DNA of 64,000 nucleotides from an uncultured Chloroflexia bacterium (GTDB taxonomy: Bacteria; Chloroflexota; Chloroflexia; QHBQ01; JADMIH01), in assembly GCA_963797095.1 (NCBI GenBank), contig CAWCNY010000002.1, positions 896,001-960,000 of the forward strand. The letters are read 5' to 3'. Positions 8,072 to 18,053 of this stretch are shown piece by piece. Within the stretch, counting starts at the first letter, position 1. Each line of letters begins with the position of its first letter. The notes beneath the pieces were generated by a model. That model made no database searches. It was given only the letters and a program-made list of their open reading frames with translations, and had not been told where the DNA came from. The translations under genes were made by a program, and so were the position numbers.

Positions 8072-11000
8072 CTACTGTTTGTTATCGCTGGGAGTGTAGC
8101 AGTTGGGATAGAAGGTGTTCGCTACTATCTTCGATGCTTGTCCTCTCGTCGCGTTGGAGCCTGGCCTGAAGTATGGCAGGTTGTCTGGGCCTACACACGG
8201 CTCTCCCGGGCTGCCGCATGGGTATCCGTTCATGATGCCAAGGTCTGTCAGCCTCCAGATGTAGTCGTAGAACGTCGAGCCTGGCAGTACGTCCTCGAAC
8301 TGCTGTGCTCCAGGTGTCGTGTTGTACCCTGCTGCCTCTGACACTATCTTCGACAGTTGTCCTCTCGTGATGTTGGCGTTCGGTCTGAAGTACGGCAGGT
8401 TATCCGGCCCTACACACGGCTCTCCTGGGGAGCCACATGGGTACCCTGTCACGATGTTGCGGATTGCCAGCCTGTTGATGAACGCGTAGAACGTTGAGCC
8501 TGCCGGTACATCCTGGAACATCTGCAGTCCTGGGTCGTCGTTGAAGCCAGCCGAGTTGGACACTATCTTGGATAGCTGACCTCTTGTGACCAGGTTACCA
8601 GGGCGGAAGCATGGATTGCCAGTCTCACACCCTGTCGAATAGCCGTTGATGATGCCTCTGCATGCCAGGCACCTGATGTAGGTGTAGAAGGTGTTGTCTG
8701 GCAGCACATCTGTGAACTGCATTGGACACGAGGTTGGTGTGGCTGTTGGTACCCCTGGTGTGTCGGTGGAGGTGGGTGGCACTAGTGCTGTGTCAGTCGG
8801 TGGCACTACTGCCGTATCGGTTGGAGGCACCACTGGTGTACCCGTGTCAGTTGGAGGCACCACTGGTGTATCTGTTTCGGTTGGCAATACGGGTGTGTTG
8901 GTAGCTAAGCTTGTTGAGGTGCTCGTTGCAAGCGTACCGGTTGGAGTGCTAGTGGGTGTGCCGGGCGTGTCAGTGCTCGTTGGTATGGTGGTGTTCGTAC
9001 TGGTAGGTACCGTTCCCGTGGGGCTGTTAGTAGGTGTGCCGGTAATAGTAGGCGTATTTGTCGGGGCATTGGTGGGCGTATTGGTGGGTACGCTCGTAGG
9101 TGTGTTCGTGTCTGTAGGTGTAACGGTGACCGTGCCGGTGCTGCAAGCTCCCGTGATTATGATGTCATCAATGCGCCACCCTGTGGCTGATACACTGCTG
9201 TCTGTGCCTTCCCTGAACCTTACCAGCAGGTTCTGCCCTGCATATGGGCTGAGGTCCACCACACTCTGTACATACCCACTGCTCGAGGCTACCCATGCCT
9301 GCCTGCTTGCCAGCGGGTTATTGCAGCATGTGGATACCGTGCCTCCATACCCTCCTGAGATGATGTTAGCTCCCATATCAGCCCAGGTGCTCCCACCATT
9401 GGTAGAAGCCTCAAGCACTCCTCCATCGTAGTAATTGGAGCCGTTGAACTCGAAGGCGTAGTCATGCCAAAAGGTGAGTTGTGAGCCTGCCACGGGCACC
9501 ACAGCAGAGACTAGGGTAAGTTGTTGGTCCGATATATTACTTACATCGGGGGCGAATGCTGAGAAGCTGCCTGAATGTGGACTGGCAGCCTGGGCAGCCC
9601 ACCCACACCCACCAGGCACACAGGTGGGAACCACCGAGGTGAATGCCCCAAGCGTCCCCGACTCAAATCCTTCGGCCAGTACCACCCCACAAACTGTAGG
9701 GCTGGGTGAAGGTGTGCGCGTGCTCGTGCTTGTGAGTGTACTGGTGTTTGTGGGCGTGGAAGTAGGAGGAGTGCCCGTTGGCGTGGGGGTTGCCGTACCT
9801 CCGCCTTGCAGGCTCATGCTTCCCATATAGAGATCGAATTGATGCAGAGTGCCGTTGGCGTTGGTGCCATCGCAGTTGGCGTTATCCGCCCACATCCCGA
9901 CGAACCTGCCTGCATAAGCGTCATTAGCCACGTAGTCGCCATAGTCAATGCCGTTGCCGGCATCATCAGCATTCGAGAAGCCGCCGCTCAGGCGCTGGTT
10001 GGGTGCCCAGGTGGCCCCACCATCGGTGGTATAAGTCGCATAATACTCGGAGTCGTCGTTGGGCGTATTGTTCGTGCCTCCTGAGCCGGGCACGCCGTCG
10101 TCGTTGCGCGCATCGTGGAAGCTCACTGCTACAGTTCCGCTTGTCCGGTCGAGCGCGATGTACGGCAGGAACTGGCTGCGAATTGGACCTGATGGATCAT
10201 CGTTCACACGCACAGGCGCAGACCATGTCGTGCCGTCATTGTCCGACGTGCGCACATATATATCCATGTCGTTGCTTTCGTTGACAATCTCTTCCGTATA
10301 AACCATGTATACGCGTCCATTGTACGGCCCGCCGGTCGAATCCCACACAAGCCCGGACTCAGCATCGACCGAGCGGCCCGACTGTGCCGGGATATAGTCG
10401 AATCCGCCCACGTTAGTGGTCGTTACCGTGATCTGCGACCCGAAGTTCGATGGGCCAAGACCGTCCGGGTCCACATTGGCATAGATAGTGGCTGGGCCTT
10501 GCCCTCCTGTTGGGTTCTGGTACACGATCATGACCTTGCCGCCGGGGCCTACCGCGATGCCTCCAAAGCTACCGGAGGCGCTTGGCGGTGTTTGTGTGGC
10601 GGCGAACGGTCCGTAAACGCCAAGTCCTGTGACCGGCGCACCACGCGCCCTCATGCTTCCGCTCTGGTTCCAGTCTACCCACACGCTTCCAGCGCCAACG
10701 GCAATTGAAGGCTGGTCGATGCTGCCTGAACCTACTGTAAGGGGCGCGGTGAAAGTCACTCCGCCATCGGTGCTTGAGATCACATTGATCTGGTTGACCG
10801 AGCCGTTGATATACACCAGGAAGAGATTGCCGTATGTATCGAACACTGCCTGCCCATCGCAGCAAGCCACGCCTGTCGCGACCGAGCCGCGTGTCCACGT
10901 AGTGCCGCCATCGAATGAATACGCCCGGAATATGTTGTTGACCGATGCCTCATTGGAAAACGCTACCAGGTTTTGCGTATTGGTCGGGTTGATGAGTATA

Positions 11001-11284
11001 GCGCTCTCGGATTGGTTACCGCTTTCTACGCTGACATTGACCACAGGTTCCACGCACGCTTGCGGTTGGTAGCTCGTATCGGGCGGTGTTGTTCCCGGTC
11101 TATCTGCCGGGGGTGGAACCTTGAGCGTACCATCCTGTACATCGACCTTGGTTCCCCCCTGGATAATTGCCCCGGAGAGCGCTGCTTCTTGCGGCCCAGC
11201 GGTCGCCGGTGCGCTGCTCACCACCAGGAATGCCAATAGAACCAGGATTGCAACAGTGATTGTTGACCAGTATATGCGCCGCAT
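8072..11284 (-). CDS. Secreted BNR/Asp-box (sialidase-like) beta-propeller + beta-sandwich module + Thr/Pro linker + three SLH domains
   Basis: Signal peptide; SxDGGxTW repeats; EGFESG...GWRIDDI module; C-terminal FxDV...FY...GYPCG..GEPC...PYFRP...TRGQ repeats. Confidence 0.85.
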   Translation of the reverse strand: MRRIYWSTITVAILVLLAFLVVSSAPATAGPQEAALSGAIIQGGTKVDVQDGTLKVPPPADRPGTTPPDTSYQPQACVEPVVNVSVESGNQSESAILINPTNTQNLVAFSNEASVNNIFRAYSFDGGTTWTRGSVATGVACCDGQAVFDTYGNLFLVYINGSVNQINVISSTDGGVTFTAPLTVGSGSIDQPSIAVGAGSVWVDWNQSGSMRARGAPVTGLGVYGPFAATQTPPSASGSFGGIAVGPGGKVMIVYQNPTGGQGPATIYANVDPDGLGPSNFGSQITVTTTNVGGFDYIPAQSGRSVDAESGLVWDSTGGPYNGRVYMVYTEEIVNESNDMDIYVRTSDNDGTTWSAPVRVNDDPSGPIRSQFLPYIALDRTSGTVAVSFHDARNDDGVPGSGGTNNTPNDDSEYYATYTTDGGATWAPNQRLSGGFSNADDAGNGIDYGDYVANDAYAGRFVGMWADNANCDGTNANGTLHQFDLYMGSMSLQGGGTATPTPTGTPPTSTPTNTSTLTSTSTRTPSPSPTVCGVVLAEGFESGTLGAFTSVVPTCVPGGCGWAAQAASPHSGSFSAFAPDVSNISDQQLTLVSAVVPVAGSQLTFWHDYAFEFNGSNYYDGGVLEASTNGGSTWADMGANIISGGYGGTVSTCCNNPLASRQAWVASSSGYVQSVVDLSPYAGQNLLVRFREGTDSSVSATGWRIDDIIITGACSTGTVTVTPTDTNTPTSVPTNTPTNAPTNTPTITGTPTNSPTGTVPTSTNTTIPTSTDTPGTPTSTPTGTLATSTSTSLATNTPVLPTETDTPVVPPTDTGTPVVPPTDTAVVPPTDTALVPPTSTDTPGVPTATPTSCPMQFTDVLPDNTFYTYIRCLACRGIINGYSTGCETGNPCFRPGNLVTRGQLSKIVSNSAGFNDDPGLQMFQDVPAGSTFYAFINRLAIRNIVTGYPCGSPGEPCVGPDNLPYFRPNANITRGQLSKIVSEAAGYNTTPGAQQFEDVLPGSTFYDYIWRLTDLGIMNGYPCGSPGEPCVGPDNLPYFRPGSNATRGQASKIVANTFYPNCYTPSDNKQ
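9132..9674. repeat. 543-bp direct repeat, copy 1 (other copy 15413-15955)
   Basis: Line-by-line comparison shows no differences; constant offset 6281 bp. Confidence 0.92.
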
Positions 11285-11524
11285 ATAGAACCTTCCTTCC
11301 TTGCTGAGAATAACTACCTGCAAATAACCGGATAATCATAGCGAATCGTGCGCACAAAGATGAAGCAGGGACATATAGATGGGTAACATTGGAGCAGTAG
11401 GATCGTTGTCCCCTTGAGTTCGGATGAGAACGCACTGTGTTGAGGGGCCTCAAGAATATTCTAGCGACTAGATTGTAGATTGTAGCACCTATTCTTCTCG
11501 CTTGTCAATCACCGATCCGCTTGG

Positions 11525-12151
11525 GGGTGCGCGCCATCGTTTAGGCGACTTTTCTGAGAGGGCGAGTTTTGGGCCAGCATTGCTCCCACCTCTCACTGAG
11601 CAGTTCGGCTCTCAGTGTCAGCACCCCTTGTGCTCCTGGTTTGCTCCAACACATGCCTGCTCCCTTGAGACGGGCACCAATCAGCCGCTTGCATGCACTC
11701 TCCACCGTGCCTGAACCAACTGGGAAGCCCAATGCCCGGTACTCGGAGTAGCGCATCCTCTCTTTGTTCGTCTGGAAGTAATGAATCTGCTCTCGTGCCG
11801 CTTCTCCCGCCTCCCCTTCACGTTTGCTCTCTCTGTGTAGAGCCACAATGACTGCTTCTACCCTTCCCTCCCATAATTCCTTCTCCCAACGCTTCACCCA
11901 TCTTGCGGCGTCTGGTGTGCCCTGCCCGAAGATACCATTACCTGCTTGCCACAGGTGCTCCATGGCGTGATACCAGTCGAGTACCTCTACCCTGTTGGCA
12001 AAGTGCTCATCGAACTGTATCCAGTTGGTGGGTGCCCCATCTCCCAGACATACAACCTGCTCCTCAGGGCCTATCCCTCTCCTCCATGCTTCAGCACTCA
12101 ACCGCTTTCCTGCCCGCTCCATCGAGCCGACCTCCGCCACATAGCTCTGAT
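11525..12151 (-). pseudogene. 3' remnant of an ISKra4-family element (transposase C-terminal half plus one end)
   Basis: GDGAPTNW, LDWYHAMEHL, GSGTVESACK, RLKGAGMCWS motifs; GGGTGC end at about 11525; 5' part replaced by the adjacent IS. Confidence 0.85.
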
Positions 12152-13697
12152 GGGTGGCTCAGATAGGGGGCGAGTTGTAGACCAGGTGCCAGCACTGATC
12201 GAAGCGTGAACTGAGGATTGCCGTCCGCACTGGCAACAGCTTTTCGGCACCCAGGCGGCTCCAACGCATACCTGCTCCGGCGAAGCGAGCCTTGAACTGC
12301 TTGCCTGCGCTCTCCACCGTGCCTGAGCCAATAGGGTAACCTGCTTCGCGCATCTGGGAGTAGTTCATACGATGTGCGTTATTGCTGAAGTAACCAGCCT
12401 CAATGTTTAGCTGTTCAGCTTGTTTTGGTTGCCGCTCTGCCAAGTCAGCTAGCACCTGTGCCAAGTAGCCTGCTCCACCCTCAAATAGCAGCTTTTTCTG
12501 TGCCTCTAGCCATTGTTTGGAGGCGCTCGCGTCGCCTTCGTGTGATGCTAAAGATGCTTGGGCCAGGTGCTGCGCTCCATGATACCAGTCTACCAGTTGA
12601 GCACTGTCATACAAGTGCTCGGTGGCCAGGTTCCAAATCCACCCAGCACCATCTGCTACTACCAGCGTGTGATCAGCCCTCTCCCACCCTCTGTGGTGTG
12701 CCTCTCCCCATAGCATCTGTCCGAACACGGTGGGTCCGCCTAGATGGGCTACATAGCTTTGGTTAGTAGCACGGGCACGACTATCTTCGCTTCCTTCCTC
12801 CTCAAACTCAGTGGCCAATGCAGGCTCCGTTTTATCAGCCTCCATCTCCATAGCTTCAATGTCGAAGACGCACCCCACCTTCAACTCTTTCCAACCTTCC
12901 CCACGAATGTGGATCATAGCGCCATCCATACTCGCACCCATCTTTGTGAATTGCCCAAGGCACCCCAGGCACCCCAGGCACCCCAGGCACCCCGGGCGCA
13001 AATGCGTTGGAACCTTCTGCCTTAGAACCTTCCCTCTCGACCTGTATATGTACATCGTTGGCGGAGTTGGCTGCTCTCCACCGTGCAGCCTCCACCTCTC
13101 CAAAGCTACTACCCCACTCCTGGCACAGCCTCCAAACAGTGCTGTCGGAGATGGACACACCTCCTATCTGCTCAAGTACTTGTGCCCCTCTCTCGAAGTC
13201 CACCAATCCTCCCAGCCATACTGACTGCTTGAATATCCATTCGCTCCAATGCACGTCCCACAAGTGCAACTGCTCATCCAGGGGGGAAAAGCCCCTTACG
13301 GCAGTAGGAGCAATAGTAGTAGGAGCGTTGTACTTTGATGGTGCCTATCCTGCTTTCCACAGGGTGAGCCTTCTCTCCCTTGTAGCGCATCTCCCGGTTG
13401 CACTCAGGACAAGGTGGGCCAGGTACATTCTGAGTGGAGACCTCTTGCTGTGCCAGCACCGCTTGTGCCATCTGCTCACTCAGTTGAGTGCGCAGCTTCA
13501 CTACCGCCTCCTCGATCTGAGCTAGTGTGGGTTGGGGGGTGTCGGCTGACCAGCCAATCAGTTGTTCAATTGCTTGCTCTGCCTGTGCCATCAGGTCCGC
13601 CTTCATCTGTTCTCGGGTACGTTTCATCAGGAGCCTCCATGCTACGCGCAAGATCCTCCTATTATCTCAAACCTTGCCCCCTATCTGAAATGCACCC
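12152..13697 (-). mobile_element. ISKra4-family insertion sequence with a split transposase
   Basis: Terminal IRs gggtggctcagatagggggcgag / cttgccccctatctgaaatgcaccc; transposase in three frames (13651-13274, about 13283-12958, about 12957-12159) with CPEC..YYYC, DG..W, LVDWYH and GSGTVES motifs; no target duplication seen. Confidence 0.88.
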
Positions 13698-13752
13698 TAC
13701 GCTTATTCGACATAAGCCGCCTGGTCTTGCTGGGCAATGTGATACTCCAGAT

Positions 13753-13803
13753 AATAAGCAAAGGGAGGTGGACGGCTGGACCATCCATCTCCCTTTGCTT
13801 ATT
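13753..13803 (-). terminator. Hairpin terminator of the 13816-17646 gene
   Basis: ataagcaaagggaggtgga/tccatctccctttgcttat inverted repeat. Confidence 0.7.
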
Positions 13804-13815
13804 ACTCCCTTCCCT

Positions 13816-16800
13816 TTACGGTGAATAGGTCACGGCCAGATAGACGATCTTGCTGATCTGGGCGCGAGTTGCGTTGTCTCCCGGCAGGAAGTAAGGCTTA
13901 TTCCCCGGCGCTACACATGGGCCTGCGGGTGGTGTCCCGCATGGATACCCTTCCACCACGCCATGTGCAACAGCCGTCTCTATGAACTGGTAGAAGGTAC
14001 TTCCCTTAGCCACGTCCTGGAATGTGTTAGTTGCTGGATCAAGCAGAGTCCAGTTCGTGGGGTCTGCGATTATGGCCGCATTTACCACGATCTTCGATAG
14101 CTGGCCCCTCGTGATGTACGCGTCCGGCCTGTAGGTGTTGTCCGGGTAGCCTGAGAAGATACCAAGATTGAAGCCGGTCTCTACATAAGGGTAGAAAGTG
14201 CTTCCCACCCTCACATCGCTGAAGTGTGGCCCGCCGCTGGTGTTGATCGGGAAGTCGAACGCCAACACCACGATCTTCGCCATCTGCCCGCGAGTGGTGT
14301 TGTTGCCCGGCTTGAAGCAATTGACGCCAGGTGCGCTGCACGGAGGCGAGGTGCTATATCCATTCACCACCCCATGACAGTACAGGTAATGCACGTAATC
14401 GTAATACCAGTTGCCAGGAACCACATCCTCGAAGCTCATCGGACAGAGGGTGGCCGTAGCGGTGGGCATGTTGGTGGGCGTGCCTGTCCTGGTCGGCGTG
14501 TTAGTTGTCGTGTTTCCGGGCGGGTTGGTAGCGGTTCTTGAAGGTGTATTCGTAGCAGTGTTGGGAGGAGCGCCGGTTGGGGTCCTGGTTGTAGTACTGG
14601 ATGGCGTGTTGGTAGCAGTATTGATAGGCGTCAGAGTTGCAGTATTGGACGGTGTGCTGGTAGTTGTGTTCGACGGAGTGCCGGTCGTAGTAGTATTGGA
14701 TGGGGTATTGGTAGCGGTATTGACAGGCGTGCCGGTCGCGGTGCTCGTAACTGTGTTTGTGTTAGTTGAGGTCCTGGTTGGCGTACTGGTTGGTGGTGGG
14801 GTGCCCGTTGGAGTGTTGGTGGGAATGTTGGTTGGGGTGTTGGTCGGTGCATTTGTACTACTAGGGGTATTGGTGGGTAAGTTGGTTGGGGTCCTGGTTG
14901 GAGTACTAGTTGGCGGTGTAGTGCCTGTCGGAGTACTAGTTGGCGGTGTAGTGCCTGTCGGAGTACTGGTGGGTATGTCGGTTGAAGTGTTGGTTGGCAC
15001 AAGCGTACTGCTTGGGGTATTGGTTGTCGTATTTGTCCGCGTAGGAGTGTTGGTGGGCGGTAACGTGGCGGTAGGAGTATTCGTCGGAACAGGGGTGAAT
15101 GTGGCTGTAGGCGTACTGGTCGGCACATTCGTAGATGTTGCCGTAGGCGTATTTGTGTGGGTTGAAGTGGCCGTAGGCGTATTGCTCGCTGTACCGGTTG
15201 CGGATGGTGTATTGGACGCGGTACTGGTCGCCGTTGACGTGTTACTCGGCGTACTCGTTACAGTGGAAGTACTGGTCGAAGTGTTCGTTCGTGTGGGGGT
15301 GCTGCTGGTCGTGTTGGTCGCCGTTGACGTGTTAGTGGCCGTATTTGTTCCGGTTGGCGTATTAGTCGGTACGCTGGTTGGTGTACGAGTTGACGTACTG
15401 GTGGAGGTAGCTGTGCCGGTGCTGCAAGCTCCCGTGATTATGATGTCATCAATGCGCCACCCTGTGGCTGATACACTGCTGTCTGTGCCTTCCCTGAACC
15501 TTACCAGCAGGTTCTGCCCTGCATATGGGCTGAGGTCCACCACACTCTGTACATACCCACTGCTCGAGGCTACCCATGCCTGCCTGCTTGCCAGCGGGTT
15601 ATTGCAGCATGTGGATACCGTGCCTCCATACCCTCCTGAGATGATGTTAGCTCCCATATCAGCCCAGGTGCTCCCACCATTGGTAGAAGCCTCAAGCACT
15701 CCTCCATCGTAGTAATTGGAGCCGTTGAACTCGAAGGCGTAGTCATGCCAAAAGGTGAGTTGTGAGCCTGCCACGGGCACCACAGCAGAGACTAGGGTAA
15801 GTTGTTGGTCCGATATATTACTTACATCGGGGGCGAATGCTGAGAAGCTGCCTGAATGTGGACTGGCAGCCTGGGCAGCCCACCCACACCCACCAGGCAC
15901 ACAGGTGGGAACCACCGAGGTGAATGCCCCAAGCGTCCCCGACTCAAATCCTTCGCTGAACACCACACAAGCGGTAGGAGTAGGTGAAGGTGTGGCGGTA
16001 GAGGTAGGAGGCGTGCCCGTTGCTGTAGGAGTTGGCGTAGCTCCCGTGCAGCCCGGGAATTTGAAGTTCCCTATGCGTGTGCGCCAGTTGAATTGGCCTG
16101 TGGAGGCGTAATACTCGTTGGTGTACCAGAATGTGCAGTCGTCCACCGGATCTACGGTCAGGTCGCTATAGTCACCCCAACGATTGCCGGTGCCTGTTTG
16201 CGAACCTGTGCCCGCAAAGAGAGTGACTTCGCCTTGAGACAGGTTATTGATTGGGTCGGTGGAGAGACGCCCCGCGTAGCGCAACTGAGGGAATATGGAA
16301 GACGACGACGCGCTGAAGCCGACAGCCAGGTTGCCCTGCTGGTCCATCGCCGCACTGCCCAGCCATCTCCAGGTGGTATCCGGCTGGTAAGTGCTCTGCT
16401 GAACGAAACTGGGCGTGCCCGATGTGGCGTTGGTTACCTCCCACCAGCGCACGCCTGCTACCCCGCCTGAGCTAACGCTCTTGTTGCCGACCAGGGCTTC
16501 ATGTCCATCGGTGAAGCGCCTGTACGCCAGGCGGAACATCGGCCTGTCGCCTATCCCGTCCAATCCGCTGGCGGTGCCCGACTGCGGCACGCAGTTGCGG
16601 GTGGCCGAACACAGGGTAGTGTAGCCCGCCGGTGAGAGGTTGGTCGCCAGGGTAAATGTGCTGTTGGCCGGAGTTGCGAAGTCCACATGGTACCGGTAAA
16701 CGGGCCATGTGGACCCCGAAGCACCCATGAAAGGCGCGGGAGCGCCGGCAGGCGGTAGTATCGAGCCGTCGATGTCAGCCGGTAGCATGAAACCTATTGC

Positions 16801-17646
16801 CGTGGAAAGTGGGCTGGCTGTAGATAAGAAGGTGGCTGCCCCGCCCGTCAGCATAGCAGAGCGATCAAAAGCGAACGGCTGAGGCCCCAGGTAAGTGGTG
16901 CCAGCAGTGTTGAACACATTGTCGCCCATATAATAGGCATCGGGCCACACGCCGATATGTGGGTAGTCGAAGAAGTTGGAACCGAGGTGGAACCCGTACC
17001 GGTAATAAGTCCCTGTTGCGTCGCTTGTTGTCGAGATAGCGATGCACTCGTCGGTGGGAACCGAGCTACCGGCGAACTGGCTGACCAGCCAGCGATTCGC
17101 CAGTTGATCGTATAGCACAATAGGGTCCCCGTGCCCTGCCGTTTCGCACACCCCTCCGAAGCCGTTCCAGAGGCTGATAATCGAAAGAGGGCCAAGCACG
17201 GATGCGCCGGTAGTCTTATTGAACACCTGGAAGCCTTCATTCACCATCTGCACGTATTGGGTCGCACCCACTTCGCCATCGGTGTCGGGTGGCGCGCAAT
17301 TACAGATGACCCCTGGGAACGGTATGCCGTCGAAGTTGAGGATCGGTGTGGGCATTGCGAGCGGCCCCATCACCTTTTGCACAACGGTGTCGGGTTGGTC
17401 GGCGTACTGGACCATCGTGTACGGGTTCGGGTTCGCCTCCACCTCTTTACCGGGGTTGACCTGTATATTCGGCATGTCACGCAAGGGTGGCGTTTCGTCA
17501 TTGTGGTACGAGTGGCCCTCGATCAGGCCCGACGGTACCTTTACCCCGGCGCGGGCCGCATTAGCTGTAAGCAAGATCGCGGCAAGCAAAAACGGGAGCG
17601 CAAGAAGATACTTCCAGTTCCTGTGGCTCTCTTTCCTCGTGTTCAT
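13816..17646 (-). CDS. Large secreted SLH protein: N-terminal beta-rich domain, shared beta-sandwich module, ~330-aa Thr/Pro/Asn linker, three SLH domains
   Basis: Signal peptide; PPDTDGEVG...RWGDYS...DDCTFWY domain; TPT-repeat linker; FxDV...TRGQ SLH repeats. Confidence 0.85.
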   Translation of the reverse strand: MNTRKESHRNWKYLLALPFLLAAILLTANAARAGVKVPSGLIEGHSYHNDETPPLRDMPNIQVNPGKEVEANPNPYTMVQYADQPDTVVQKVMGPLAMPTPILNFDGIPFPGVICNCAPPDTDGEVGATQYVQMVNEGFQVFNKTTGASVLGPLSIISLWNGFGGVCETAGHGDPIVLYDQLANRWLVSQFAGSSVPTDECIAISTTSDATGTYYRYGFHLGSNFFDYPHIGVWPDAYYMGDNVFNTAGTTYLGPQPFAFDRSAMLTGGAATFLSTASPLSTAIGFMLPADIDGSILPPAGAPAPFMGASGSTWPVYRYHVDFATPANSTFTLATNLSPAGYTTLCSATRNCVPQSGTASGLDGIGDRPMFRLAYRRFTDGHEALVGNKSVSSGGVAGVRWWEVTNATSGTPSFVQQSTYQPDTTWRWLGSAAMDQQGNLAVGFSASSSSIFPQLRYAGRLSTDPINNLSQGEVTLFAGTGSQTGTGNRWGDYSDLTVDPVDDCTFWYTNEYYASTGQFNWRTRIGNFKFPGCTGATPTPTATGTPPTSTATPSPTPTACVVFSEGFESGTLGAFTSVVPTCVPGGCGWAAQAASPHSGSFSAFAPDVSNISDQQLTLVSAVVPVAGSQLTFWHDYAFEFNGSNYYDGGVLEASTNGGSTWADMGANIISGGYGGTVSTCCNNPLASRQAWVASSSGYVQSVVDLSPYAGQNLLVRFREGTDSSVSATGWRIDDIIITGACSTGTATSTSTSTRTPTSVPTNTPTGTNTATNTSTATNTTSSTPTRTNTSTSTSTVTSTPSNTSTATSTASNTPSATGTASNTPTATSTHTNTPTATSTNVPTSTPTATFTPVPTNTPTATLPPTNTPTRTNTTTNTPSSTLVPTNTSTDIPTSTPTGTTPPTSTPTGTTPPTSTPTRTPTNLPTNTPSSTNAPTNTPTNIPTNTPTGTPPPTSTPTRTSTNTNTVTSTATGTPVNTATNTPSNTTTTGTPSNTTTSTPSNTATLTPINTATNTPSSTTTRTPTGAPPNTATNTPSRTATNPPGNTTTNTPTRTGTPTNMPTATATLCPMSFEDVVPGNWYYDYVHYLYCHGVVNGYSTSPPCSAPGVNCFKPGNNTTRGQMAKIVVLAFDFPINTSGGPHFSDVRVGSTFYPYVETGFNLGIFSGYPDNTYRPDAYITRGQLSKIVVNAAIIADPTNWTLLDPATNTFQDVAKGSTFYQFIETAVAHGVVEGYPCGTPPAGPCVAPGNKPYFLPGDNATRAQISKIVYLAVTYSP
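15413..15955. repeat. 543-bp direct repeat, copy 2
   Basis: Matches 9132-9674. Confidence 0.92.
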
Positions 17647-18011
17647 CTTTACCCCTTCCTTTTCCTGTCAAAGCCCATAATGAAACCTGACCCGATCATA
17701 TGAGAATGCCGATCAGCAAGCGTAGTGAAACAAGTGAGTGAAACAAGTGATGGAATATAGCCTGATCGCGCGTATGATAGCATGGACTGGCACCATGCGG
17801 AAGAGAATGCACAGCAAAGTAAAAATGCAAAGTAATTTCTCTTTGCCGGCGATCATACTATATGCTACCGGGGGCCACAATTGGATAGGTTTTGGCCGGT
17901 ACTTTCGGGTAATCTCCGTGTGACTTTTCGACTACGCCTCAGCGCTCCCACAACCTCACCCCACCCATTGCCTGCTTGGTGACTGTGCAGCCTGACGCCC
18001 CGGCGGCTTTC

Positions 18012-18020
18012 TGGTATAAT
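18012..18020 (+). promoter_or_regulatory. Putative extended -10 promoter of tig
   Basis: tggtataat about 35 bp upstream of the TTG start. Confidence 0.55.
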
Positions 18021-18053
18021 CATGGTTAGCCTTATAAAAAGGGAGTCATAGAA

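Noticed and set aside
9132-9674. Template/variable repeat pair of a diversity-generating retroelement
   Set aside because: Copies show no adenine-specific differences, both are coding, and there is no reverse transcriptase in the window.
14411-15712. 433-aa Val/Gly-rich ORF on + (also 8691-9431 and 62491-62961)
   Set aside because: Antisense shadows of Thr/Pro linker codons in the real minus-strand genes.
17724-17749. 13-bp tandem AGTGAAACAAGTG x2 upstream of the large SLH gene
   Set aside because: Real, but there is no second site or cognate regulator to support an operator call.
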